This document shows positions 22,259 through 34,344 of a stretch of 64,000 nt of DNA, in pieces; position 1 is the stretch's first letter, and every line of letters begins with the position of its first letter. The notes below the pieces were generated by a model. That model searched no databases and was not told the origin of the DNA. It worked only from the letters and a program-made list of their open reading frames with translations. The stretch lies in assembly GCF_000143415.4 (NCBI RefSeq), contig NW_003314416.1:129332-193331 (forward strand), written 5' to 3'. The translations under genes and the position numbers were made by a program. This DNA comes from Selaginella moellendorffii (taxonomy: Eukaryota > Plantae > Lycopodiophyta).

Positions 22259-25063
22259 TTAATGAATCTCACCTTGAACCTGGGTTATGAATGCTCTTGC
22301 TGCATCTCTTGCATGGTCTGGCAAGGTGATGGTGGCACTCTGCTTCCGCATCCAACCATGCACAACATTATCCACCGATATGCTCATGCTGGGATCCCTT
22401 GGATTCAGCACCCATCTCTTTTCTAGGCAATCCTTCGTATATCCGGAACTTGGCTTGAACCACTCCACAGTTACATTGAAGGAGTTAGTTTCCGCGTCCT
22501 CCTCTGCATCAGTGATGCAGCGCCCCACCCATATCATTTGTTTTTTATTACTGGGTCTGACAAGCACGACCATTCCTTTGCAGACCTGTACTGGATTGAA
22601 TGCTGAATCCGGCTTCTTGTTCCTCGGCCCACAATAATGATCCTCAACATCGTTATCTGTCACTGCATTTCCAGAGGACATTGTTCCGCTACTATCTGGT
22701 GCTCTGGGTTCTGGCCAAAAGGACTCTTCCAATTCTTCATATACAACAGGCCCATTTTGGATAGCAGATATAATCTTCTCCCAGTATTCGAGCAAAGGCT
22801 TGCACCTCTGAAAATAGGATTCTCCACCAAACACCAACCCCCTCTTCCAGAAGGCAATATGCTGTCTAATCCCGGCCACTATACTTTCCTGGTCTTTGAG
22901 TCCATCCGGGTGCATCGGCCGTGGGGAACCCTGAGGAATCATAGGTTCCCCAGTTATGGGATCTCTCTTGAAGAGTTCAATGCCGTCCACTGGCAGCCAC
23001 ACTGTGTCCCATTCTCTTATCTTGTACCTCATCACTGGAGCACCGTCACGCATGCTGAAATGAAACTGAAGAGGCTTGGAGTGGCCAATCAGCGTTTCGG
23101 ATCCGTCCCTAATGTAGCCTCTTACAAACCCCTTAAAGTCTGGAACCTCTGTCACAAGTGCAGCTTCAACAGTGCCTTTGATGCAATTTTGGAATTCATC
23201 GTAGAGTTGTGGGAGGGTGAGGACATTGGATCGCCGGAGGGACTCTGCCAGGTGACTGAACATGGCATCGACGTCTTCATGAGTGTGCCCAACCATGAGA
23301 AAGCCAAGTGTAACCGTTTCAAATATGCCTTTGGCAACAAGCATCGCCAAGTACGCGAAGACGTACATGTTTTTGTTCTCACTGCCAGCATTGTCTGTTT
23401 GGAGCAGAAGATGGGGTGGAAGGCCACATCGGCCGCAAGAACTTCCTTGAGATTCTGCTTCGTTTGGATGAGGCTGTGCATTCACCGGGCGACCAGCCTC
23501 GTCGGAATGGCATGAGGCCTCACGTGATAACCCTACAATCTGACGGCCAACATATTCACTGGGATGGCATGGGGCCCCACGTGATACTGCAAGCCTTTGC
23601 TCCTCCTCCAGCTGAACCCTGTATGGGGTTCGATCGACAAGGGCCTTATGCAAGGGTTGGCCGTTCAGCTCAGTCTGCGCACTTTGCAGAGACCTTAAGT
23701 GTTTTGCTAGGGACGCAATCATCATGTTTGCACCCCCGCCACCCCATAGAGGTACAAAGAAGTTCCCATAGTTCTGGGCACCATGCCCATGAGCGATTAT
23801 GCCAAATAGAGACACAGGCAGCTGCATGGATGAAGAGATTGCCTTGGGGGCAGGATTGAGTCGAGGTAAGCACGTCTTTTTCTGGTCCATTTTGTCATGG
23901 ATGATGCAGAGGTAAGAGTCAGGTCTCTCCATGGAGAGAATCCTGTTATGATAATATGCAGTCCTGTAGCTTCTCTGCTCGATGTTGTGGTCGAGCCGCC
24001 TTCTAACCAACGTCTCTTGCTCTTGAGCGATGCAAGAATTCTTCGACAAAGCCATTTTGATAGCAGTGCACTCGTCACACTTTGAAAAGCTGGAGTACTT
24101 TCCTATACTCACATCCCTGAACCTGTTTCTCCACAATCTACTAAATCTAGATTGGCTCAGCTTCCTGTAGCCATTACTCTGGAGTTCCCGATTCTTGGTA
24201 TACATGGAAGGGAGAACTCGTTGGGTGTCTCGAGTTCCATCTTCCAAGAGGCGGGTTTTATGTGGTTGCTGCTCGCTACATGTCTCGACAAACCTCTTGA
24301 AGATTGCCTCTCCATATACAACATGACCCCTGGTTTTGTGAGTACCGTCGTTCCCATGGACTGCCTGTTGAACCCTTTGTTCCTCGAACTCAGTTTTGAT
24401 TCTGTAGAATGTGGTTCGAGGGACTCCATAAATGATTCTCCATGCCCTCATGCAGACCAAACCCCTCTGGAAGACCATGCCCCCCACCTGATGTTCTGAA
24501 GCATCAACAGATGACCGTAATGCCTCATACACAAAATTGCGAGCTGCCTTCCAGGAAAATGTCTTGTATCTTGCTCTCTCCTCTTCAATAGCATCCCAAT
24601 CAGCATGTTGACAGCACCTCCTCTTGCAACAAGCAACTGTCGAGACCATTCGAACCTCCATCGCCATTTTCTGCCTTTTCGGTTCGTTGCTCAGATCCCT
24701 TTGGCTGCGCTTTAGGAAGGTGTACTTTCTTTTCCCATGAAGAGATGTTCTGTCATCAGTTGTAGTGGTGTTTGATTGTGAATCCTTCACATTCTCAAAC
24801 ACTAAGTGCCTCAATTTCCACCGCACAATGCTTCCAATAGTCAGACTGTTTTTTTCTGTGTCAACAACCTCTAAAATCGCAACTCCAATATCATCCCAGC
24901 CCAATTCTTGATTAGCAACCGCATCTCTTGGATCGACAACTGTGGCTAAGCCCTCAGCTACCACCTCCCCCTCGGGGTTGTTTAGAAACACCTTTGCCTG
25001 AATCCATGTAGCACGGTTCTTAAGATCCACGGAGGGAACATGCATCGCACTTGTGGAGGCCAT
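22259..25063 (-). CDS. Transposase, Sola1-like (DUF7869-type), 934 aa
   Basis: Motifs KCDEC...H, IIHDKMDQ, LLLQTDNAGSENKN and FLMVGHTHEDVDAMFS give an RNase H-fold DDD triad. N-terminal VAEG...DP...LG domain and a C-terminal beta-barrel-like domain. Confidence 0.85.
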   Translation of the reverse strand: MASTSAMHVPSVDLKNRATWIQAKVFLNNPEGEVVAEGLATVVDPRDAVANQELGWDDIGVAILEVVDTEKNSLTIGSIVRWKLRHLVFENVKDSQSNTTTTDDRTSLHGKRKYTFLKRSQRDLSNEPKRQKMAMEVRMVSTVACCKRRCCQHADWDAIEEERARYKTFSWKAARNFVYEALRSSVDASEHQVGGMVFQRGLVCMRAWRIIYGVPRTTFYRIKTEFEEQRVQQAVHGNDGTHKTRGHVVYGEAIFKRFVETCSEQQPHKTRLLEDGTRDTQRVLPSMYTKNRELQSNGYRKLSQSRFSRLWRNRFRDVSIGKYSSFSKCDECTAIKMALSKNSCIAQEQETLVRRRLDHNIEQRSYRTAYYHNRILSMERPDSYLCIIHDKMDQKKTCLPRLNPAPKAISSSMQLPVSLFGIIAHGHGAQNYGNFFVPLWGGGGANMMIASLAKHLRSLQSAQTELNGQPLHKALVDRTPYRVQLEEEQRLAVSRGAPCHPSEYVGRQIVGLSREASCHSDEAGRPVNAQPHPNEAESQGSSCGRCGLPPHLLLQTDNAGSENKNMYVFAYLAMLVAKGIFETVTLGFLMVGHTHEDVDAMFSHLAESLRRSNVLTLPQLYDEFQNCIKGTVEAALVTEVPDFKGFVRGYIRDGSETLIGHSKPLQFHFSMRDGAPVMRYKIREWDTVWLPVDGIELFKRDPITGEPMIPQGSPRPMHPDGLKDQESIVAGIRQHIAFWKRGLVFGGESYFQRCKPLLEYWEKIISAIQNGPVVYEELEESFWPEPRAPDSSGTMSSGNAVTDNDVEDHYCGPRNKKPDSAFNPVQVCKGMVVLVRPSNKKQMIWVGRCITDAEEDAETNSFNVTVEWFKPSSGYTKDCLEKRWVLNPRDPSMSISVDNVVHGWMRKQSATITLPDHARDAARAFITQVQGEIH

Positions 25064-26124
25064 TCTGAAAGTGCAGAAAAGAAGTTAAGACCATACAAAA
25101 AATGATTGGAGAATGGCCTAAATCATAACATACCAAACAACCTCAATAGCATGAGGCCACATGCCATTATTCAAACATGCTATTGCCACCCACGTGAAAT
25201 TTCGCATTCACAAAATTGGCATGAGGCCTCACGCTATCTTTGGCCCCTGCTAGCCTGTTGCTATATTCCTTTTGCCCTGCTANNNNNNNNNNNNNNNNNN
25301 NNNNNNNNNNNNNNNNNNNNNNNNNNNNNNNNNNNNNNNNNNNNNNNNNNNNNNNNNNNNNNNNNNNNNNNNNNNNNNNNNNGCCTTGCTGCAACTGTAT
25401 ATATTTTCGTGTGCGTGACTAGTCATCCCATCTTGATATACACACAGCTGCAGGCAAGTAAAAACATACATGACAATACGCTAGCCATGAAATTGCAAGG
25501 GCCCAAGATGGCATGTGGCCTCATGCCATTTCTAAATGTGGTCCTAAGCCATTCCATGGTGAACATACCAGGAAGCACAAGTGCCGAATATCAAGAGGAA
25601 GCGGTAGCCACACCAAAGACAGTGCCACTCGCAACACCGCAACTACTCGTAGCGCCGCTCGCAACACCGCAACTGCTCGTAGCGCCGCTCGCACAAACTG
25701 CCACTCGCATAAACTGCCGCTCGCAATGGCGCTCGCAATGCCGCAACCGCTCGTAGACGCATAAACCACAGCTCACAACGCCGCTTACACAAGCAGCGCT
25801 CACTGCGTTCAGTGGAACCAAGAACACGGCGCACAAAAATGATAAACCTAGGAATGAGTTCGAGAATTCAAAAATAACACATGCTTGAACGTCACATCAA
25901 ATCCTTTGACAAACCAGATCTTATGATTCCTCTGACAAATTTCAAACTGACTAGCTTCTAGACATTGCTGTCGGACGTTGAACTTTGTCACATCATGTCC
26001 TTGCCTCGATCCAGCTGTGCCATGTCAGTGATTCGAACTTTGCCATGCCATGTCAGCGATCCGCGCCAAGATTATTCGCCGTGTAAAGGAATAATTATGC
26101 TGTGTGTGTACGTCCATTTATGGC

Positions 26125-27900
26125 AATATAAGGCCACACGCCATTCAAAGAATAATGCTAGTCGAGCATTTTTTGGTGCATTTTTGGGTTCAAAATTGCA
26201 TGAGCCCACACGCTATAAAGTTTACCTGTACCAAAAATAGAAACAGCTTTATTTACTTGGGAATTTAAGTGGTTGAGGCATTTTTAAACTTACAAACACA
26301 TGCCCTACTTACATTCCTTTGGTTGCTTAAAATTCAAAAATATTATAAACCTTTCTTTTTGCATTTTCAATGTTTTCAATTATGGTTTTTGATTTTCGCA
26401 GGACCAGCCTAGTAATCTATTTGCATCCCCTCATGTTTATAGCTAGCTTTCGTTTGTCCCCTTCGCTAGCCTGAGATACATCTGCTCGGCATCTGCCTCT
26501 TACAGCATTTGCCCAGAAAGGGCATCTTTCTTCACGCAGCATTTGCCACATGTTTAGGGTTTAGGGTTTAGGGTTTAGCAATTCAGTAGCTTGATAAACA
26601 TGTAAATACAGAACTTGATACAAAATCCTTTGATATGTCACAATGCCCCTAGGACCATAAACACATTTCAATAGAGAGGGTCCTTTCATTTCATAACTCC
26701 TTACGTAGATCTTGGTGAAACCAAAGTTAGTGAAGTTAGTTTCTTGTGATCCCGCATCTGATTGTGATGTCCCTTTGCAGTGTCGATGGAAAGGTCAATG
26801 CACACCAAACTGTAAAATCTTGGAGCAAAATAACGGTCGGCAAATGCCCCTGAAACATTGTAAGGCTCGTGTGGTCTCATGTGGTGTCCGATCGAGATGC
26901 TTCTTTGCAGGGTCATCAAGAAAGACATTGTATACCATTCTGTAAAATCTAGTTGCGATCTAACGGTTGGATCTCTAGAAAACTCAAAAAAAACACACGC
27001 CATTCAAAGAATAATGCTCGACATAAGGCCACACGCCATTCAAAGAATAATGCTAGTCGAGCATTTTTTGGTGCATTTTTGGGTTCAAAATTGCATGAGC
27101 CCACACGCTATAAAGTTTACCTGTACCAAAAATAGAAACATCTTTATTTACTTGGGAATTTAAGTGGTTGAGGCATTTTTAAACTTACAAACACATGCCC
27201 TACTTACATTCCTTTGGTTGCTTAAAATTCAAAAATATTATAAACCTTTCTTTTTGCATTTTCAATGTTTTCAATTATGGTTTTTGATTTTCGTAGGACC
27301 AGCCTAGTAATCTATTTGCATCCCGTCATGTTTATAGCTAGCTTTCGTTTGTCCCCTTCGCTAGCCTGAGATACATCTGCTCGGCATCTGCCTCTTACAG
27401 CATTTGCCCAGAAAGGGCATCTTTCTTCACGCAGCATTTGCCACATGTTTAAGGTTTAGGGTTTAGGGTTTAGGGTTTAGCAATTCAGTAGCTTGATAAA
27501 CATGCAAATATAGAACTTGATGCAAAATCCTTTGATATGTCACAATGCCCCTAGGACCATAAACACATTTCAATAGAGAGGGTCCTTTCATTTCATAACT
27601 CCTTACGTAGATGTTGGTGAAACCAGAGTTAGTGAAGTTAGTTTCTTGTGATCCCGCATCTGATTGTGATGTCCCTTTGCAGTGTCGATGGAAAGGTCAA
27701 TGCACACCAAATTGTAAAATCTTGGAGCAAAATAACGGTCGGATCTATGGCAAATGCCCCTGAAACATTGTAAGGCTCGTGTGGTCTCATGTGGTGTCCG
27801 ATCGAGATGCTTCTTTGCAGGGTCATCAAGAAAGACATTGTATACCATTCTGTAAAATCTAGTTGCGATTTAACGGTTGGATCTCTAGAAAACTCAAAAA
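26125..27900 (+). repeat. ~900-bp tandem duplication in the intergenic region of copy A
   Basis: ~26125-27020 repeats as ~27025-27900. Copy B has a single unit at ~60720-61640. Confidence 0.9.
26553..26578. repeat. Interstitial telomeric (TTTAGGG)n tract
   Basis: Also at 27448-27480, 61148-61180, 6384-6409, with a short telobox at 2045-2060. Confidence 0.9.
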
Positions 27901-28407
27901 AAACTCGCGCGTGTTAGAATATTCTAGGAATATACTCCTATGTGCCCCTGAAAGGACATTGTATACCATTCTTTATTTAGCTGAACATCTGGCATTTTTG
28001 GAAATACAAGATGCTTTGGAATATCCAATCATGCATGGTATAAATATAGCGAGGGTATTAAATGATATCCCAATCATGATCTTTCTTTTGGATTTCGTGT
28101 GCATGCAGTCCGAGGAATGATGACGTTGCGGATTTCTTTTGGATTTCACGTGCATGCATGCGCGCGGCGATCCAGAAATTAATGGTGGCGCCCAAGTCCG
28201 AGGAATGATGATGTTGCGGGATTACCAACCGTCGTGACATTTCGCGCGTGTGAGGTTAGGTTTTGCATTTTGCTTCGTACTCGCGCTCGCACAGTCGTGC
28301 TTGCATCGCGCTCGCACACTCGCGCTCGCATCGCGCTCCCACTCGCGATCACGCTCACATTCGCGCTCATCTACCTTCTCTACAGGTTTCTTGTGTGCAT
28401 CGGCGTC

Positions 28408-28500
28408 CACTCGCGCTTGCATCACACTCGCGCTTGCATCACACTCGCGCTTGCATCACACTCGTGCTTGCATCACACTCGCGCTCGCATCACACTCGCG
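28408..28500 (+). repeat. 17-bp CG-rich tandem repeat (CACTCGCGCTTGCATCA, about x5) upstream of the cargo gene
   Basis: Read directly from the sequence; copy B has fewer units (~59800-59840). Confidence 0.85.
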
Positions 28501-28729
28501 CTCGTGTGCATCGGCGTCCACTTCAAGACACACCCAGTTTGTAACTTCGCCACCAACTCCGCCGCCCACTCCGCCACCCACACGCAGCCCACTTGGCGTC
28601 CCGGGAGATTTCAGCGCCACTCTCCAACTGTAAGTGGCAGAGTAGCCTTGCTGCTACGATCCGCTGCACACACAGTGCACATTCGCCAGCGAATCCGGCC
28701 TCGATTGTCACACCTCCATTCGGCTTCAA

Positions 28730-31700
28730 ATGGTAAGTCTTTTAGGCCAAGTAGAAAATGGCATGAGGCCACATGCCATTCAGTAGCAACATTGGCATGC
28801 ACCGATTGGGCTCTCGAGTGCAGTCCGGTTACAGATGGCGTGTAGCCTCACGCCATCTTAGGATGCAGCCTCAAGACATCTGATGCAGTGGTGAATGGCG
28901 TGTGGCCTCACGTTATTTCCAGCTGCTAGCTTTTCATTTGTCAGCTCTAATTGTTGTGCATTTCTGAACAGGCGAGGAATTGCGTTCTTCTTCCAGCCAC
29001 TGTCAATGTGGATGCAGAGAAGGGGGAGGAGCTCACCAGTTGGACTTTCGGGATGGAAGGCGAGGATCTGAGGCTGTACAACACAGATGGTGGGAGAAAA
29101 GAATGCATGGGGATCCTCATCCAAGTGACAGACACTCCATGCAGTTCCATGCAAGAATATGGACTGGCACTTGTGGTAGAGACAGCGTCCGCCTTCAAGA
29201 TCCACCTTGCACATCCTAGCGGCTTCCCGGAGGGGGGCAGCGGCTATGAGGAATTCCTAGAGGGAGCTAGGGAGAGGTTGTCCAGGAGGCCCACAATTTC
29301 AAAGACGCTGCGGGTCTATGAAGATCACATGGAATCCACGGACCTCACCTACGGCGATGTTCAAAAACTATATTCCAACATTGAGACGTTGAGAGTGCCT
29401 CCAGTTCGCAAAGCGAAGGGGAAGGGGGTCGATCTGGAAACTACCCCGAAGCAGAAAAGGGTGGTCAAGCTCAAGCCGACGTCTGACTCTCCTGCCCCAA
29501 AAAAGAAGCTACTCGGTGATGCCATTGCCTCGGGTTCGAACACTACACCCACCAAAAAGAAGAGCCGCAAAGAGCAGAAAGAGCAAGAAGAGGCAGCAAA
29601 AATCGTCGCAGATAATAGTACTTGTTACTATTCCAACAAAGTATATACAATCGACGTGAGCCGTATCGACATCCAAAGCAAATACAACCACAGTCTAGTA
29701 TCTGATGAGTGGGTGGAGAAACTGAAGCAGAAGATGCTGGCAAGTCCAATAACACCCGACATCGCAGACGTGATCCCCTACTACCGAACAATGAAGGGCG
29801 AGACGAGGTTTCCAGACTTGATTAATAGGAAGGTGTTGGACGATCAGAACATCCGGTTCTATGCCGTCTCCGGGCAACATTCTAGCTTGGCGATGCAAGA
29901 GATAGTTGTGGATATTATGGTGGGCGAGGAGGTGAAGAAAGTCTTCAAGACAAGAGTTGTCCGCCTGATAAAAGGCAACTCGCCCCTCCGATCTATCATA
30001 TACATCTCCCACGCGCAGAATGTCAAGCAAGAAACGTGCTACAAATCGGGTCTGCACGAGACATTGGCACGAACACGGAAGCTCTGGGTTCAACTGAAGA
30101 AGCCACAAAAACCAGGACAAGGACGTGCACTAGCAACTAGCGCCTGGCAGGTAAGCCTCGTTGCATGTGGCATAGCATGTGGCCTCACGCCATTTCCATT
30201 GCAGGAATTCTTGAGTCTTCTCTCGAAAACACTGGGGGTCAATGACACACTCAGCATCCATAACATTCTACTCGCGACAAAAGTTGTTTTTGACAAATGG
30301 GTAGATGTGTTGAGGAGGTACCATGACGGGGAGTTGCTAAACTCAATGGATGTGGAGGACGGCCGGAAGCCCAATGATTTGAAGCTCAACGCCTTGCGTT
30401 TCTCGCGGTCTCTAGACGACGACGACCTTCTGACAGTGGCTAATGCTCTTCTACGTGGTGAGGTAGTCTTCAACAAGACCAAAATGACTCCCGGCCATAT
30501 TGTGACATACGAGGACTTGTGCACGACTCTGAGAGCTCGTGCGCTATTGAAGGATTGGATCTTCGAGCAAGTGGCCGTGGAGAGGGTGAGCATCGACACC
30601 ACGCAAGAGATGATGGAAGAGCTGGAGTTGTCAAATGAAGACATCGACGAGTACGTGAAGGGGGCCCCCAAGTTCATCGATCTACTACGGGATGCCACGA
30701 AAAGTAAAGCTGAGAAGTTGGATCAGTATCCAAATTTCATTAAGAGGGATGTCGACTGCCGGCTTCAAAAACAGCTCGACCCCGCAGCAGAGGCCTATCG
30801 AGAACCTTACCGGGTATACGTGAATTCGGATGAGGATCAAAGGTGGAGGAGCATTGTTTCCCGCGGAGATGAGCAGGTCAAGAACATCTTTTGTGTGATG
30901 GACTTCACAAACGAGGAGATCACTCATGCAGACGAAGTCAGCTCCATCATTGACTTAATGGTGGGACTTGCGGAGGTGGAATCTTCAGTCCACTATATGA
31001 TCTACGACTCCGAATCCTATCACAAGTTCTGGAAGGCCTTGAACGAGGTGAAGGCTCGGTTAAAAGGCAAGGAGATGCAGGAGATCCATGGGATAATGGC
31101 TAAGAAGAAGATACCGACGAATGTCCGCATCTTCACACTCGCCCTTGTTATTGGTCCTGCAGCAGAGTGGGACTGGAGTGACTTCCCAGCTTCGTTCGAC
31201 AAGGCCGATCAAATTGATCTGAGGGAGGTCAATTTACCCGTGCCTGAGGAACTGAAGACGGCTATGGAGCTTTCGAATCCAGAGAAAGCTCCAGGTGCAG
31301 CATCGGAAATGCTCAGCTGGGTCTTCAACGCAATAGCGGGTGGGTCACCTGCTTCCGACTCCAAGGGCAAATGCGTTGTCGAGTACAACTGCGGCGGACA
31401 ATTCTTTCGAGCCGCACTACTCAAGGGTGTCCCGTGTGGTCCGGTGACAAACTCCATTGAAGAGGTGACTTCAATGAAGCATATAATTACAGTTGCCAAA
31501 GAAAAACAGTATCTTCTCTGCGAACCTGGTGAGTACGCACTTTAAGTTTAAATGTTATCTCACAAGCTCTGTATGCAGGAGCGTGGCCACCCCCAGATGC
31601 TGAAACGGCGTTAACAGCTACTGTTGAAGATACCCATGTTGGGCCGAGCTCACAACCTGCACAAGGTAAGGTCACGTGAGGCCTCACACCATTTTGATTA

Positions 31701-34344
31701 TAGATTGTTGTGAATATTCAGATACAAGGACTGAAAAGCGCACTGGTGGCGCATCGAAGAAGGACAAACAGACAAGCAATAGGAAAAAAGGAGGTACAAA
31801 TTATATTTGCAATGGCGTGTGGTCTCATGCCATTCCTTGCAGGAGACACTTCTTCAAAGGCAAAACAGGCAAGCACCAGCCAAGCTCAAACTGACAGTGG
31901 TCATAAAAAGCGAAAGCACGTTGGACAGTCGTCGGGATCAGAGGCGTTTGATTCGAAAAGGAAGAAGGGCAACGAAAAGATGATAGGTAATGCCTCGCGG
32001 TTATGGCATGTGTGCTCATGCCATTCATTGCAAATCAAGGGCTGAGTGAAAGCAGCCAGTCACCACCTCCTGACTCAGATTCCTATGGCGGACTCCCCTT
32101 CCCCAATCTCAATGGAGAGGTACAATGGATGAGGGATGCTTTTCAAGTCAAGGCCACGTTTTTCTCATCTCGTCCTCTTCGAAGGGTGCAAGAACGTGCA
32201 GAAACCATGTTAAGACAGTCGGGTGAGGATACGGTCCTAGGTCACGCACTAAAACAGGCTATGGATGTCTTGTATTTTGAGATGGAGACTCGGCCAGATG
32301 ATTTTCCCAAGATGGTCCTGGAAGAACAAGCCATCCAGCCTGAGCAGCCTATGGAAGAAATGCAGGAGGGGGATGAGGAGCCAGAGAAAGATAATGAGCA
32401 GGAAGAGCAGAAGGACGAAGAGGAGGACAAAGAAGAGGAGGACGAAGAGGACTTGGATGGTCCTCACAATGGTGACGATCACAATAACGACGACGACGAT
32501 GATGACGATGATGGCCAGCCTGAGGTGGCCAAAGAGCAGTGGAGGAAGGTCATACAAGACAAACCATCAGGTAAATAATAGTACATCCATTCCTAACCTT
32601 TTACCATTTCTAACATTGTCCATGTAGGTCGCAAAGCAAATGGTAAGTAGAGATTATTCAGTTGAATTAAGATACAAACTCTAGCCTTTAGTGTCGAGGA
32701 AGGATAGTGCCAAGCAAGGGTCGAAACGTATGTCCAATCCTTCAGAATCAGCAGTGCGCCCAAGTGATATCGGTCCTAGTTCCTCAATAGCAGTTGATGG
32801 TAAATACAGTATAGTCGATTCAATGTGCTAATGAGTTTGTTTTTAGTAGCCAGTAGGGAGGATACCATCTCAATCGAAGGGAGATATTTGGACATGCATA
32901 TGGATCCGCCAGTGGACTCTACTTGCCTGCAAGAGTCATCAGAGCTGGTGGAGGCTACTATCCATATCAACGCCAAGCAAGCTAACCACGCTCCACTTGA
33001 TGCTGCCCATACCACTAAGTCAATCTTGTCCACGTATCCAACTGACGGTGACCAGGCGCCATTGGACCCGCATGAGGCTGCCCCAGCCGCCGAGCCGGTC
33101 GTATCCTCATTTCCAACGGACTCAACGTGTGCCCAATCGTCTGACTACGCGCCGTTGGAACCTCCCTACACCGCCCCTGCTGCCTGTTCGGTCATGTCCA
33201 CTTTGCCAATGGAGGCACCAGCTGAAATGGCGTGTGATCACACGCCATCGGAACCACCCCATGCCACTGTTGAGCCAGTTGTACCAGAGTCTACAGCTGA
33301 AATGGCATGTGCCCACACTCCATCGGATGTGATTGACCCCACATTGCAGAGGAGAGTATTTCCGCCCTTCACGTTTCCTCGACCAAAACCCTCTCAACGA
33401 CCATCGGGAGCACCATTCGCTAATATTGTAGATGGTAAAATTGACTTGTACCATTTTTTATGCTGACGCATTTCATTTCAGAGTCACGGCGAAGGTACTG
33501 TATCGTTTTTTATCTGAACGGTGTCCTTTTCTCCCATGAGCGTGGCTCGTCCTGAAATGTCACTGCACCCTCCAAAGCCTGCGGTCGCAAGTTGGTCAAA
33601 AGAGACAGATTCACATTAATCACATGGGAGAAACTGCAGGATCTAATAATGACCATGCGACACTTAAAACAGAGGGCCGGGTTCAATTTGCAATTGGGAG
33701 TTTGGACATCCATGATGCGCCACAATGCATTAACGTTGCTACAGATGATGCACGATCAGACGCTAGTAATATTACCATTTGACTTTCTCCTAACGCAGGA
33801 GGATTGCTTGACTATGGTCCATGTGAGGGGTAGCAAGCCCATCTTCGTCAAGCCAGAGGCTGTAGTGATGAACCGGACTGCTAGGTCAAGTGAAATCCTC
33901 ATCATCGATGACTCGCCGATTAAAACTTCAGCGAACACGCACACATATGCAGTGCACCCCATCTCTTGTAGTATGGAAACTAGGGAGAAGAAACCGTATG
34001 TTCTGGGGGACCTTGCAAAACGGCTTGGAGCGATGGTGATAGAGAACTGGCCAGTCCAGGAGGTGGCTGCAGAAATCAACCAAATGGCAGATGGAACGGT
34101 ATATCAGAAGCCATTTGATCGGACAGACACCAGTCATCATTTATGGCATGTATATTGTCTAGCCAAGCACTATCCGCATCTCCATAATCTGCTCAACCGG
34201 ATGGGTTCTTCGACCACTGAACATGAGCGTGGACGTATTAGAGAAGAGATGGCATTACTATTGGGTTTAAATCCTGATAGTGTGGAGAGTGATGAAATTC
34301 CAAGATTATTGTATAGGCGTTGGAGGCAAAAAATAACAGTCTGA
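28730..34344 (+). CDS. Transposon cargo gene, copy A: ParB/Srx-like domain, degenerate N6/N4-MTase-like domain, acidic linker, FCP1/SCP-like HAD phosphatase (~1,640 aa; last exon damaged)
   Basis: Main exon from 28972. Frame-conserving introns at 30151-30204, 31529-31578, 31666-31721, 31794-31842, 31987-32033/39, 32571-32627, 32643-32691, 32800-32846 and 33435-33481. Motifs FYAVSGQHSSLA, EKAP...VVEYNCGG...AALLKG, GVWTS and IIDDSP. In A, DLNG->YLNG (33511) and an in-frame TGA at 33553. The 5' micro-exons (ATG 28730) are uncertain. Confidence 0.75.

Noticed and set aside
22287-24636. Overlapping and antisense ORFs within the transposase (for example 292 aa at 22637-23515)
   Set aside because: Shadow ORFs of a real CDS with no motifs.
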